This document shows positions 1 to 8,085 of a stretch of DNA of 14,685 nt, piece after piece; positions within the stretch are counted from its first letter, which is position 1; each line of letters opens with the position of its first letter. The notes under the pieces are model-generated. The model was not told the origin of the DNA and did no database searches. It saw only the letters and a program-made list of their open reading frames with translations. The DNA comes from Candidatus Sericytochromatia bacterium (GTDB lineage: Bacteria; Cyanobacteriota; Sericytochromatia; S15B-MN24; JAQBPE01): contig JBBAPZ010000011.1 in the NCBI GenBank assembly GCA_040400605.1, positions 26,105 to 40,789 of the forward strand. The letters run 5' to 3'. Made by a program: the position numbers and the translations under genes.

Positions 1-1050
1 GGCGGTACCATCGTCTCGCAGGGCGGTGGCAACCTGATTGGTGAGCTTGGCGGCATCTGGACGTTGGGGAGCGGTTCCGCCTTGGCGACAGCATCCGGCA
101 GCGCTCGGCGTCACCTGTTGCTGGATCAGGTCAGCGCGGATGGCAAAGTCACCGTTACTTACAACGAACGGACAGGGGTCATTGAACGGGTCCGCTCAGA
201 CTTAGGTGAGATGAAACTGATGTTTCCGGCGCCCGTGCCGGTCAACGGGTCCAATCTGACCAGAAGCATCCAAGGGGAGTGGGATCAGGTGGCAGAAGGA
301 ATCAAAGGCAATTTCAGGCTGGATTGGACCGGTGTGTGGAAGCCGCGTGCCGCCATTCGTCCCAAACCGGTGCCGAGCGTGACGCCGACTTGTTTGCCGG
401 TTGTCTCACCAACGCCCCAGCCGACCGTGGTACAACAAACGCCATTGCCTGCGCCTGTCGGGTCGCCCTTGCCGCAGATGGTGCTGTTTGATGGGGAATT
501 GCCTGAGACCACCGAGAAAGCCAGTTTGACGGCAAAGTTTGAGTGGCCGGGCGATCGCGCCATGACGTGGGGAGTCGTCATTGATACGCCCAAGGCATTC
601 AAGGATGGCAGCATCGAACCGAGTCGCGTGCAACTGGATTTGACGTTGGCGGATACGGAATTCGTGGGAGAAGTGACAGACGCTGATGGCGAGACGCGTG
701 CCAATGGACGCTTGACCATCAAAAACCAGGGTGGACGGGAACGGTATCGCTTCGATGTGGTGGCGCCTGATGAAGGCGAGGGTTCCTTGGTCATCTACAG
801 CTTGGATGAGCGCGATCAGGCCTTTTTCAAGGTGGAATTCAAATTGTTGCCACCCGCTACACCGTGTGGTCCAAGGAGTTTCACCGGAGCATTGTTCAAA
901 CCCGACAGCAAAGGCAAGCTGGTTCAGAAATTCGCGGATTGCTTGCCGGTTCCGGAAAATCCGAACCAGTTGCTGATTCGCTACACCAACGGTCAAACCC
1001 TCATTTGGGACTTTTTGACCGTTGCGGCCAGTCAAGAAAGGGTCAAGTGA
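1..1050 (+). CDS. 5'-truncated hypothetical, probably secreted/surface protein (Gly-rich segment, Pro/Thr-rich linker, beta-rich domains)
   Basis: Frame 1 is open from base 1 (GGTIVSQGGGNLIGELGGIWTL...) into ORF 64..1050, so the true start lies upstream of the window. Linker PKPVPSVTPTCLPVVSPTPQPT. The TGA stop overlaps the next start (GTGATG 1047-1052). Confidence 0.8.
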   Translation, partial: GGTIVSQGGGNLIGELGGIWTLGSGSALATASGSARRHLLLDQVSADGKVTVTYNERTGVIERVRSDLGEMKLMFPAPVPVNGSNLTRSIQGEWDQVAEGIKGNFRLDWTGVWKPRAAIRPKPVPSVTPTCLPVVSPTPQPTVVQQTPLPAPVGSPLPQMVLFDGELPETTEKASLTAKFEWPGDRAMTWGVVIDTPKAFKDGSIEPSRVQLDLTLADTEFVGEVTDADGETRANGRLTIKNQGGRERYRFDVVAPDEGEGSLVIYSLDERDQAFFKVEFKLLPPATPCGPRSFTGALFKPDSKGKLVQKFADCLPVPENPNQLLIRYTNGQTLIWDFLTVAASQERVK

Positions 1051-2366
1051 TGGTGGCAACACGAGGCACGCCGCTTCATACGCGCATTTTCATTGGCATG
1101 GCCCTTGGCATCGGCTTGGGACTTTTGGCGCGCACGCTGGCAGGTGCAGAGGCACCGTGGCTTCAAGCGCTCGTTCAACAAGTGGCCATTCCGATGGGGC
1201 AGATTTTTCTGCGTCTGGTGTTTATGGTGGTCATTCCGATGGTCATTGCGGCCTTGGCCCTTGGCGTTTGTGAAATTGGTGATGTTGGTAAAGTCGGGCG
1301 CATTGGGCTTAAAACACTGTTCATGACCTTGTTGTTTTCAGGCATCGCGGTTTTGGTGGGGGTCTTTGCCGTCAATGTGTTTCAACCGGGGGTTGGACTC
1401 AATGAGGTGGATCGGCAAGCCTTGATGGCAACGCTACAGACAAGCGATGCGCAAACACCCGTGGCACAGGCAGCCAAAGCCAAACCCGCCATGCAAAGCC
1501 TGGTTGAGCTGATTCCCAAAAACCCGATCGCCGACGCAGTCAACGCGTTTGAGGGAGGACTTCTGCCTCTGATGGTCTTTGCCTTGCTGCTGGGCGTCGC
1601 GCTCGCCGCTGTCGGCGACAATGCGGCCCGGCCGCTTAAGGATCTGCTTGAGTCGATCTATGCGGTAGCGCTCAAAATCATCGATTTTGCCATGCAACTC
1701 GCACCTTTCGGCGTGGCCGGCCTGATGTTCACGGTGGGTGCCACGCTTGGAGTCGGCGCACTCAAGATGCTCGCACAATATGCCCTGGTCGTGGTGGGAG
1801 CATTGGCGTTTCAGCAAATCGTGGTGTACGGATTGGGTATTCGCCTGCTCGCCCGTCGCAATCCCTGGCACTATTTCAAGGCGTTGCGGAGCGTCATGCT
1901 GACGGCCTTTGCAACCTCATCCAGTGCCGTAACCCTCCCCTCGGCCTTGACGGCCGCAACTGAGAATCTCAAGTTGCCCCGCAGTGTGAGCCATTTTGTT
2001 TTAACCGTCGGTGCCACCGCCAATCAAAACGGCACAGCCCTGTATGAAGGCATCACGGTGCTGTTTCTCGCCCAAATGTTCGGTATTGATTTAAGCATCA
2101 CCCAACAACTCACGGTCGTCCTGCTATCCATCGCGGCGGGAATCGGTACCGCCGGGGTGCCGGGCGGCAGCTTGCCCATGATCGTGATCGTACTGGGAAC
2201 GGTTGGTGTGCCCGGCGCTGCAGTCGGGATCATCATGGGGGTGGATCGCATCTTGGATATGTGCCGCACCGTACTCAACGTCACCGGCGATCTCACCATT
2301 GCAACCTGCGTGGCAGCCACCGAACCCCCGGAAATCAAGCCTGCACCAACCCAGGAAGTCGCTTAG
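1050..2366 (+). CDS. gltP: Dicarboxylate/amino acid:cation symporter (DAACS, GltP/GltT-like)
   Basis: Many TM helices; family motifs AFATSSSAVTLP, GATANQNGTALYE, IGTAGVPGG and GVDRILDMCRTVLNVTGD. Start placed at ATG 1050 (or GTG 1047) after GAAAGGG 1036-1042, not at 864. Confidence 0.92.
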   Translation: MVATRGTPLHTRIFIGMALGIGLGLLARTLAGAEAPWLQALVQQVAIPMGQIFLRLVFMVVIPMVIAALALGVCEIGDVGKVGRIGLKTLFMTLLFSGIAVLVGVFAVNVFQPGVGLNEVDRQALMATLQTSDAQTPVAQAAKAKPAMQSLVELIPKNPIADAVNAFEGGLLPLMVFALLLGVALAAVGDNAARPLKDLLESIYAVALKIIDFAMQLAPFGVAGLMFTVGATLGVGALKMLAQYALVVVGALAFQQIVVYGLGIRLLARRNPWHYFKALRSVMLTAFATSSSAVTLPSALTAATENLKLPRSVSHFVLTVGATANQNGTALYEGITVLFLAQMFGIDLSITQQLTVVLLSIAAGIGTAGVPGGSLPMIVIVLGTVGVPGAAVGIIMGVDRILDMCRTVLNVTGDLTIATCVAATEPPEIKPAPTQEVA

Positions 2367-2490
2367 CGAAAACGAATGGAACCGGGCGACACGCACCGTG
2401 CCTCAACGGCAAATATCACTGACCTGAGGCGAAATCGTGAGTGTTTTGACATGCATGTCGTACTCGCTGCACCACGCTTAGCGCGTGGAT

Positions 2491-2505
2491 TTAATTTTTT
2501 CTTAA
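2491..2505. promoter_or_regulatory. TTAA-N7-TTAA box in an AT-rich promoter region
   Basis: TTAAttttttcTTAA; the same geometry occurs at 9480-9494 and 14651-14665. Confidence 0.45.
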
Positions 2506-2652
2506 TATATTACGAATTGTAAACTTTTAAGCATTCATGCGGCTTGGCGAGTTTTGCGAACCCCCTTTTCAATTTTATTATGTTCTGTTTTAATCTAAAC
2601 ATAACATTTAGCTTGCAGAAGGGAATTGTACGTGGCCTTACCCTTTCAGTTG

Positions 2653-3588
2653 ATGAGCACCACTATGGATGAGCCGTTGGCGACTTTGGATGATGGGGAT
2701 CGCGAGGCGGCGTTACTCAGTGTGGAACGCGTTGCACGGCGTGAGATTCATAATGCGGCGACTATGCGCGGGACAGGTTGGTTGGGTGTTACGCGGGGTT
2801 GTCTGCGGGATGGTCAGGGTGCGATTCAGTCGTGGGAGGCAGCCTTAACGGCTTTGGGCGCGTTGATGGGCGGTGAGGCTGCGAGTGTTCGTGCTACGTT
2901 GGAGCAGTTATTCACGTGGCAGGCGGCAGAGGGTGCGTGGCCGACGCGGGTGTATCGTCGCTGGCGTTTGCGTGATGCCTGGGGCCGTTGTTTGGGTCGT
3001 GGTCGTGTCGATGGGGTGCTTGATGCGGCTCACTATGATGCTCAGGCGATCAAAAGTGCGTTGTTGTGGGTTTACGTTGCGGCGGAGTATGTCGCGGTGA
3101 CGGGTGAGCGTTCCGTGTTGGCGAATTGGTATGCGCCGTTATCGCGGGCGTTGGCGTGGGTGCAGCGGCAAGGGGTGGATGATTTGTTTACGGGTGCATT
3201 GTATTACCAGGCGTGCAAGGCGCTCGGCGAGATGGCGGTCATTTTGGGCGATGCGGTGGCTGGCGCCCGACACTGGGCCGAAGCGGTGATGATTCGCGAG
3301 CGTTTGGGTGACGCTTGTGAAGCGGGCAACAGTGACGAGGCCTGTCTGTGGGCGGTTACAACCGGTTTGGCGAGTCGCAAAACGGCGTCTGATTTGATGA
3401 ATCGCACCGGTGGTTGCCAGGCTTTGGTTGCGCTTGCGGCTGCTGTTTCGGGGGATGGTCAACGTGCTTGGGCCGCTTTGCGCGAAACCGCTGCCGAGGT
3501 GCGTGCGGCAGGCACCATCAAGCTGTCGGAAGCGGGGCTGTTTCTGCGGGCGTTGGCAGCCATCCGGGTGCTTCATCCGCATCCTTGA
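2653..3588 (+). CDS. Six-hairpin (alpha/alpha)6 glycosidase-like protein, shortened and possibly non-catalytic
   Basis: LLWVYVAAEYVAVTGERSVLANWYAPLSRALAW and ALYYQACKALGEMAVILGD resemble helices of amylo-alpha-1,6-glucosidase/GH78-type barrels. Start uncertain (TTG 2626, ATG 2653 or ATG 2665). Confidence 0.7.
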   Translation: MSTTMDEPLATLDDGDREAALLSVERVARREIHNAATMRGTGWLGVTRGCLRDGQGAIQSWEAALTALGALMGGEAASVRATLEQLFTWQAAEGAWPTRVYRRWRLRDAWGRCLGRGRVDGVLDAAHYDAQAIKSALLWVYVAAEYVAVTGERSVLANWYAPLSRALAWVQRQGVDDLFTGALYYQACKALGEMAVILGDAVAGARHWAEAVMIRERLGDACEAGNSDEACLWAVTTGLASRKTASDLMNRTGGCQALVALAAAVSGDGQRAWAALRETAAEVRAAGTIKLSEAGLFLRALAAIRVLHPHP

Positions 3589-3709
3589 GGGTGTCGCCGA
3601 ACAGAATCGGCAACGTTTCAAAAGCTGCCTCGCCACGTTCCTCTGCCGCGTTGGCACCGGCGGGCATCAGGAGGCATACGAGCAACAGGAAGCAGCGAAA
3701 CGCGTGCAT
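3518..3709 (-). CDS. Small (63 aa) putative secreted protein
   Basis: GAAAGGA lies 8 nt before ATG 3709. The N-terminus MHAFRCFLLLVCLLMPAGANA|AEE looks like a Sec signal peptide with an A-x-A site. Overlaps the convergent gene by 71 nt. Confidence 0.55.
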   Translation of the reverse strand: MHAFRCFLLLVCLLMPAGANAAEERGEAAFETLPILFGDTLKDADEAPGWLPTPAETAPLPTA

Positions 3710-3861
3710 GACGACCGTCCTTTCAGGTCTTGGGTGTGGGTTGGCGTGCCTGTTGCCAGTATGATGTCCGGCGTGGTCAAAAGCTGTGCGCGCGATCCCC
3801 AAACGGCTGGTAATCCGTCACCAACAGCCAATCAGTGTACGACGCCTCGCTGCGCGATACA

Positions 3862-3975
3862 GGAACGTGCTGATTGGTGATCAAATTCTGGCTGTTGGTG
3901 AATCACAACACGCAAGGGCCGGATGTTTTTGAGTTTGCTACACAATTTCTGAACAGCCGCCCAGGCGTCACTGTC
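3862..3975 (+). repeat. Dispersed intergenic repeat, copy A (reference)
   Basis: Aligns to 6372-6416 and 10253-10367, and in reverse to 7876-7999 and 4186-4212. Confidence 0.7.
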
Positions 3976-4185
3976 TAAATGCTGTCAATCAGGCATGAGC
4001 CTTGTTACTGACGGATGGTCGAACCACTGACCGAGCAGTTCTAATTGACAGGCCAAGCCTACTCAGAAAAATGTCACATCAATATTTCAAGCACTTTTCG
4101 ATTGCAGGCCGTGTCTACCAAGCGTCGTGCGAGCCACTTTCTGAAATGGGGTGTCTTTGCGCCCTGCCTGACGACATTCTTAGTT

Positions 4186-4212
4186 AAAAACACCCGGCCA
4201 TGTCGCGTGTTG
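4186..4212 (-). repeat. Dispersed intergenic repeat, inverted fragment G
   Basis: AAAAACAcCCGGCCatgtcGCGTGTTG versus the reverse complement of 3906-3930, AAAAACAtCCGGCCcttGCGTGTTG. Confidence 0.55.
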
Positions 4213-4232
4213 CACCAGCGCTTGCGCCGGTT

Positions 4233-6257
4233 TCAACCAAGGCGCGGGGGATGGGTTAACATTTGCGTCTGTGGCAAATGTTGATGGTAAAACTGCCGAA
4301 CCTGATTGAGCACGTGGGCGGTAACGGATTGGTCGCAAACAATCGGTTTGCCGTACCAGACATCAATTTGTCCGCCTTCGGCGCCCAGTAAAAAAGCGTC
4401 CGACAGCACGACGGGAATAACCTGTGACTTTTCGAAGGCCTGCATGATCCAAAGGATTCCCGCACGAAGCGGCGTGCCCTCAGCGAGGTAACTTGGGACA
4501 GTCACTTCCGGATAAAGTGCCAGGACCCGGTGTGAGCGTAAAGCGGCGATGGCATCTGCGATAATCACCCCGCGTTCTTTACCCGTGACGACAAAAGCCG
4601 ACGCGTGCGACAAACGGGAAATGAGTGGCCAGCGTTGAACCCGTTGCCCGACGACCATGGCAAGATTGCCATCCAGGACATTGAGCATCAAAAATGGGTC
4701 AAGTTCCGCGTGACGATGGCAAATCAGATACAAAATTGGAATGCCGGGCACCGGTTCAGGCGCGTTACACCGCCTGATGTTGATCCCGGCACGATGAAGC
4801 ACCGCACGAGCCAGATTGCGCGTCGCTCCCAATGGGTCAACCCCAGGCTCGCGGCCACAGCGCCACAAGGTGAGTAACCATTCGCTCCAAACACGGCTGT
4901 CACGCCACATAAATCGCAGCCAAAAACGCCAGCCAAGGCCCTGCCTGAGAGCCTGAGTGCGCCCGTGAGGGGTTCGAGCCAAGGTTTGTTTCAGTAACCA
5001 GGCAGCAGAAGTATGGTGCAGCCGCAGTGCGTTAAGCCCTTGGATAGCATCCGCTTTTTGAGCGGGTTTTGTCTCGCGTAAGGTAGACAAAAGCGAGCGG
5101 CACCAAAAAGCGGTCACCGCATAGTCATAGTTCCAGAAATAATACGCCAGCGCGTGTAGTGCCACTCCTTGCAGTTCGGTGTGTCCCTGCAGGCGGGCTA
5201 GCGCACGGGCCAGTTCCCCGTCAATTGCGGGTGGTGATGGGTCATCAGGTGGTTGCAGGGGTCCACCAACGCCGTGTTCTCCTTTTAGGACCCTGCGCCA
5301 AACAGGTTGGTACATGAACTGCCATAATGTGGTCACTTGCCAGCTTGTCGGCGCCACGTGATTCAAAATCGTTTGCAGGCGTTCAAGCCAAGCGTCAGGA
5401 TGCATCCCCGCGGGTGGCAAGTGAATGTGGACAGGCGCACGCCATACCCCTGGTGCGCCGTCTGGCCACCAAGGATCACCCAGCCACACATCACACGGAA
5501 TGGCTCCGGCCGCAAGTTGTTCGGATGTCAGTACGATCCGGTCTTCAATCGGCCAATCCGCGGGGTCAGGCTCATCATCAGGCAGACAAACGACCAGGCA
5601 GCGCAGGCGCCCGGGCATTCGCGCCCGCCAACGCGCCATGATCTCCGCTACCCGACGCTTCAAGGCATCGCACAAGTTGTACCAAGCGACACCGACCAGC
5701 AGACAACCCGTGGCATCCAGTGAGTCAGCCGCCAAATGTTCGGGATACACCTGGGCATTGAGTGCGATCACGTGATCGTGGTTCACGCCGAGCGCACGCA
5801 ACCAGCTCGTTTCCCCTTCATGACGCGTCACGATGATCACATTTTCAGCCAAGCGCTGAGAGAATCTAAACGCTGCCAGATGAACCAAATCCGGGCTCAC
5901 CCAACACAAATAGGGCTGCCGCAATCGCAACCCAGACAACAAGCGCCTCATTTGCTGCAACATCGTCGCTGAAAACACGATAATCGCGCCCAGTTCGTGT
6001 CGGGCGGCGGCATCAGGCAGCATCTTCAGCGCTTCAACATAACCCACGCGCAAAACATTTGCCTGCCCAGCCAACGACTGCTCAAGCGTGTGCATATGTT
6101 GCGCCATTTCTGGCGTACTCTCTTCGATGAACCAAACCAGCCGTTTGTTAGTCGGTGACAACATGCTCAACCAATCCATGCGCGACAAAAAAGACTCGCC
6201 ATGATCGCGCATGCCAGACAGACCTGCAACCCATTGGTTGCGAAGGGATGAACCCAA
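4233..6257 (-). CDS. Multidomain protein with C-terminal lysophospholipid (PlsC-like) acyltransferase domain and N-terminal degenerate glycosyltransferase-like region
   Basis: The C-terminus has ILYLICHRHAELDPF (motif I-like), VLALYPEVT (FPEGT-like), PLRAGI, VIPVVL and IDVWYGKPI in acyltransferase order. Start uncertain (TTG 6257 or ATG 6212). Confidence 0.75.
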   Translation of the reverse strand: MGSSLRNQWVAGLSGMRDHGESFLSRMDWLSMLSPTNKRLVWFIEESTPEMAQHMHTLEQSLAGQANVLRVGYVEALKMLPDAAARHELGAIIVFSATMLQQMRRLLSGLRLRQPYLCWVSPDLVHLAAFRFSQRLAENVIIVTRHEGETSWLRALGVNHDHVIALNAQVYPEHLAADSLDATGCLLVGVAWYNLCDALKRRVAEIMARWRARMPGRLRCLVVCLPDDEPDPADWPIEDRIVLTSEQLAAGAIPCDVWLGDPWWPDGAPGVWRAPVHIHLPPAGMHPDAWLERLQTILNHVAPTSWQVTTLWQFMYQPVWRRVLKGEHGVGGPLQPPDDPSPPAIDGELARALARLQGHTELQGVALHALAYYFWNYDYAVTAFWCRSLLSTLRETKPAQKADAIQGLNALRLHHTSAAWLLKQTLARTPHGRTQALRQGLGWRFWLRFMWRDSRVWSEWLLTLWRCGREPGVDPLGATRNLARAVLHRAGINIRRCNAPEPVPGIPILYLICHRHAELDPFLMLNVLDGNLAMVVGQRVQRWPLISRLSHASAFVVTGKERGVIIADAIAALRSHRVLALYPEVTVPSYLAEGTPLRAGILWIMQAFEKSQVIPVVLSDAFLLGAEGGQIDVWYGKPIVCDQSVTAHVLNQVRQFYHQHLPQTQMLTHPPRLG

Positions 6258-6371
6258 ACCACACTGTCTGGCTCACCATACGCTGCCAGACTCGCGTGTT
6301 GTCCGTTAAACGTTCATTGTCACAAACGGTCATCAGACAGAAGTGGCTTCGAATCTTTGCCGTGAGGAGTC

Positions 6372-6416
6372 TGAGTTCGCGACACAGGTTTTGAACAGAA
6401 GCCAGGGCGTCACGGT
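6372..6416 (+). repeat. Dispersed intergenic repeat, copy B
   Basis: 35/45 ungapped identity to 3930-3974; weaker similarity extends upstream to about 6328 (GGTCATCAGA). Confidence 0.7.
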
Positions 6417-6428
6417 ATGCCGGTTGGT

Positions 6429-6470
6429 TTGTCAGTTATCGCATCAGGCGCTATGATGGGCGCCTGATGC
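6429..6470 (+). promoter_or_regulatory. Sigma-70-type promoter with an overlapping 11-bp perfect inverted repeat
   Basis: TTGTCA (6429-6434), 17 nt, TATGAT (6452-6457). Arms GCATCAGGCGC 6441-6451 and GCGCCTGATGC 6460-6470. Confidence 0.65.
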
Positions 6471-7831
6471 ATTCACACCAGCGTTTCACCACCATCGCGT
6501 CAACGATCGTGCTTGCGGGTCTGTCGCCCGACGCGGGTCGAACCCAGCCGATGCAAGCAGAACCAACGACAACCCGAGTCTGGCAAGCTCGGGTGCTGCC
6601 TTTGCCCGGACGTTTGGATCAAAACTTGGTGTTCAACAGCAACAGTCCTGAAGAGGTGCTTAATTCCGGTATTTTGCTTTCAACCTTGCCGGGCGGCGGC
6701 CATGGGCTGGGTGTGGCATTCAATGGGCGCTTCAGCGTTTTTTCACATCATATCGCCAAAGACAACGCGCCGGGACAGCGACTTTTATACCTGGGATTGT
6801 TGGCGCACAACCCATCGGGTACCGATCTCCGCTTGAAGCGCTTAAGCGGTGGATCCTACTTGAGTCAACCCGATGCACTGTTTCGTTCGTTGCCTGCCGT
6901 GATGCCTGATGCGGACGGCGTGATTTTTGCGGGACCGGGCGATCGCACAACCACGGAATTGCTGCACGGGCGATCGCCCCTCGCCCCCACCACGTGGCAC
7001 CTTCCAGCCAAGCGCACCACGTTGCTCGACGCGTTTCCCATTCCCACCAGCGTCGCCATTTTGCCCCCCATCAACGGTCGCTCAACATTGATGCACATGC
7101 ACACCAACGGCCCCATCTACTTGTCCGAAGTGGCCTGCTTCGCGCAAAAGGATCCTCAAGGCGGTTGGCAAACCCCAACCCAAGCTGATTTTGAGCGGGT
7201 ACTCGCAAGCAGGACACTGGTTTTCCCGCGTGACGTGGCAGGTTCCGTCGTGCGGGCAGAGGGTCCGCAAGTGCCCAACTTTCGGTACGGGCGGGTTGCT
7301 GGTGTCAGTGTGGGCGATCGCTTCAGCGCGCAGCTCCCACTGCCCAAACCAAACGAAACCCTGGCGTTTCCAATCGCCTCGGTTGCACTCAACCGCTGGG
7401 GCACGGAGGCCATTCAAAGCGCGACTCTCAAAGCCCGTTATCCTGACACAGCCCATCAGGCCCACGGCAATTACGCCGTGCTGTACGACCTCACACTCCC
7501 CTTGGCCAACCCAAGCCAAAGAACCAACGACATTGTCTTTAGCCTCACCCATCCCCTACGCATGGAAGCATCACGTCGGGTGGTTTTTCAGTCGCCCCCT
7601 GCCCGAGCCACCACCTTTCGCGGCACGCTGAAGCTTGCGTGGGCACTGACAGGCGATCGCACCCACCAAACGTTTACACACATCGTGCTCCGCCAAGGCG
7701 AAAATCCCGGCCCATTCGCCACCCTCACACTTCCGCCCGGTGCACGTGGCATGGCACGACTCAGCCTCATCTACCCCCCCGACGCCACCCCGCCGCAACT
7801 CCTGCTAATAGACAATCAACCCAAACCATAA
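6467..7831 (+). CDS. DUF3370 family protein, probably exported
   Basis: Motifs PLPGRLD..VFNSNSPE..GILLST, F.GRF.VFSHH, SYLSQPDA.F, AGPGDR, YGRVAGV, AHGNYAV.YDL and LIYPPDATPPQLL match my recollection of cyanobacterial DUF3370. The N-terminus is weakly signal-like. Confidence 0.85.
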   Translation: MHSHQRFTTIASTIVLAGLSPDAGRTQPMQAEPTTTRVWQARVLPLPGRLDQNLVFNSNSPEEVLNSGILLSTLPGGGHGLGVAFNGRFSVFSHHIAKDNAPGQRLLYLGLLAHNPSGTDLRLKRLSGGSYLSQPDALFRSLPAVMPDADGVIFAGPGDRTTTELLHGRSPLAPTTWHLPAKRTTLLDAFPIPTSVAILPPINGRSTLMHMHTNGPIYLSEVACFAQKDPQGGWQTPTQADFERVLASRTLVFPRDVAGSVVRAEGPQVPNFRYGRVAGVSVGDRFSAQLPLPKPNETLAFPIASVALNRWGTEAIQSATLKARYPDTAHQAHGNYAVLYDLTLPLANPSQRTNDIVFSLTHPLRMEASRRVVFQSPPARATTFRGTLKLAWALTGDRTHQTFTHIVLRQGENPGPFATLTLPPGARGMARLSLIYPPDATPPQLLLIDNQPKP

Positions 7832-7875
7832 AACAGTCATCCAGCAAAACGAACAAATACGGCCAAAGCCATACT

Positions 7876-7999
7876 TGACGCCTTGTTTAGCACCTGCTTC
7901 AAAAAATACCAGTGCTGCAAACGCATTCCCGGCCTGAACCGGCATTGGTTGCGAACCGGGTCGGTACTTGTTGCCGGTCTCACATTGTTCAACAATCAG
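7876..7999 (-). repeat. Dispersed intergenic repeat, reverse-oriented copy F
   Basis: Colinear blocks match the reverse complement of copy A: TGACGCCT (7876-7883), GTGctGCAAACgCA (7912-7925, 11/14), CCGGCC (7929-7934), TTGtTCAaCAATCAG (7985-7999, 13/15). Confidence 0.6.
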
Positions 8000-8085
8000 G
8001 CAATTGAACAATTCCCACGATTGTCACAAGGCCGCTTGAACGCTCACTCTTGCCGAGCACGCGCGTAGGCTGTTTCAACTCTGCG

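Noticed and set aside
864..1049. 62-aa N-terminal extension of the symporter ORF
   Set aside because: It overlaps the upstream gene; an RBS and family-like sequence begin at 1047/1050.
2571..2610. dif/Xer site (TTATGTT resembles the XerD arm)
   Set aside because: Arms are in the wrong order with a 13-nt spacer; dif needs ..CATAA-N6-TTATG..
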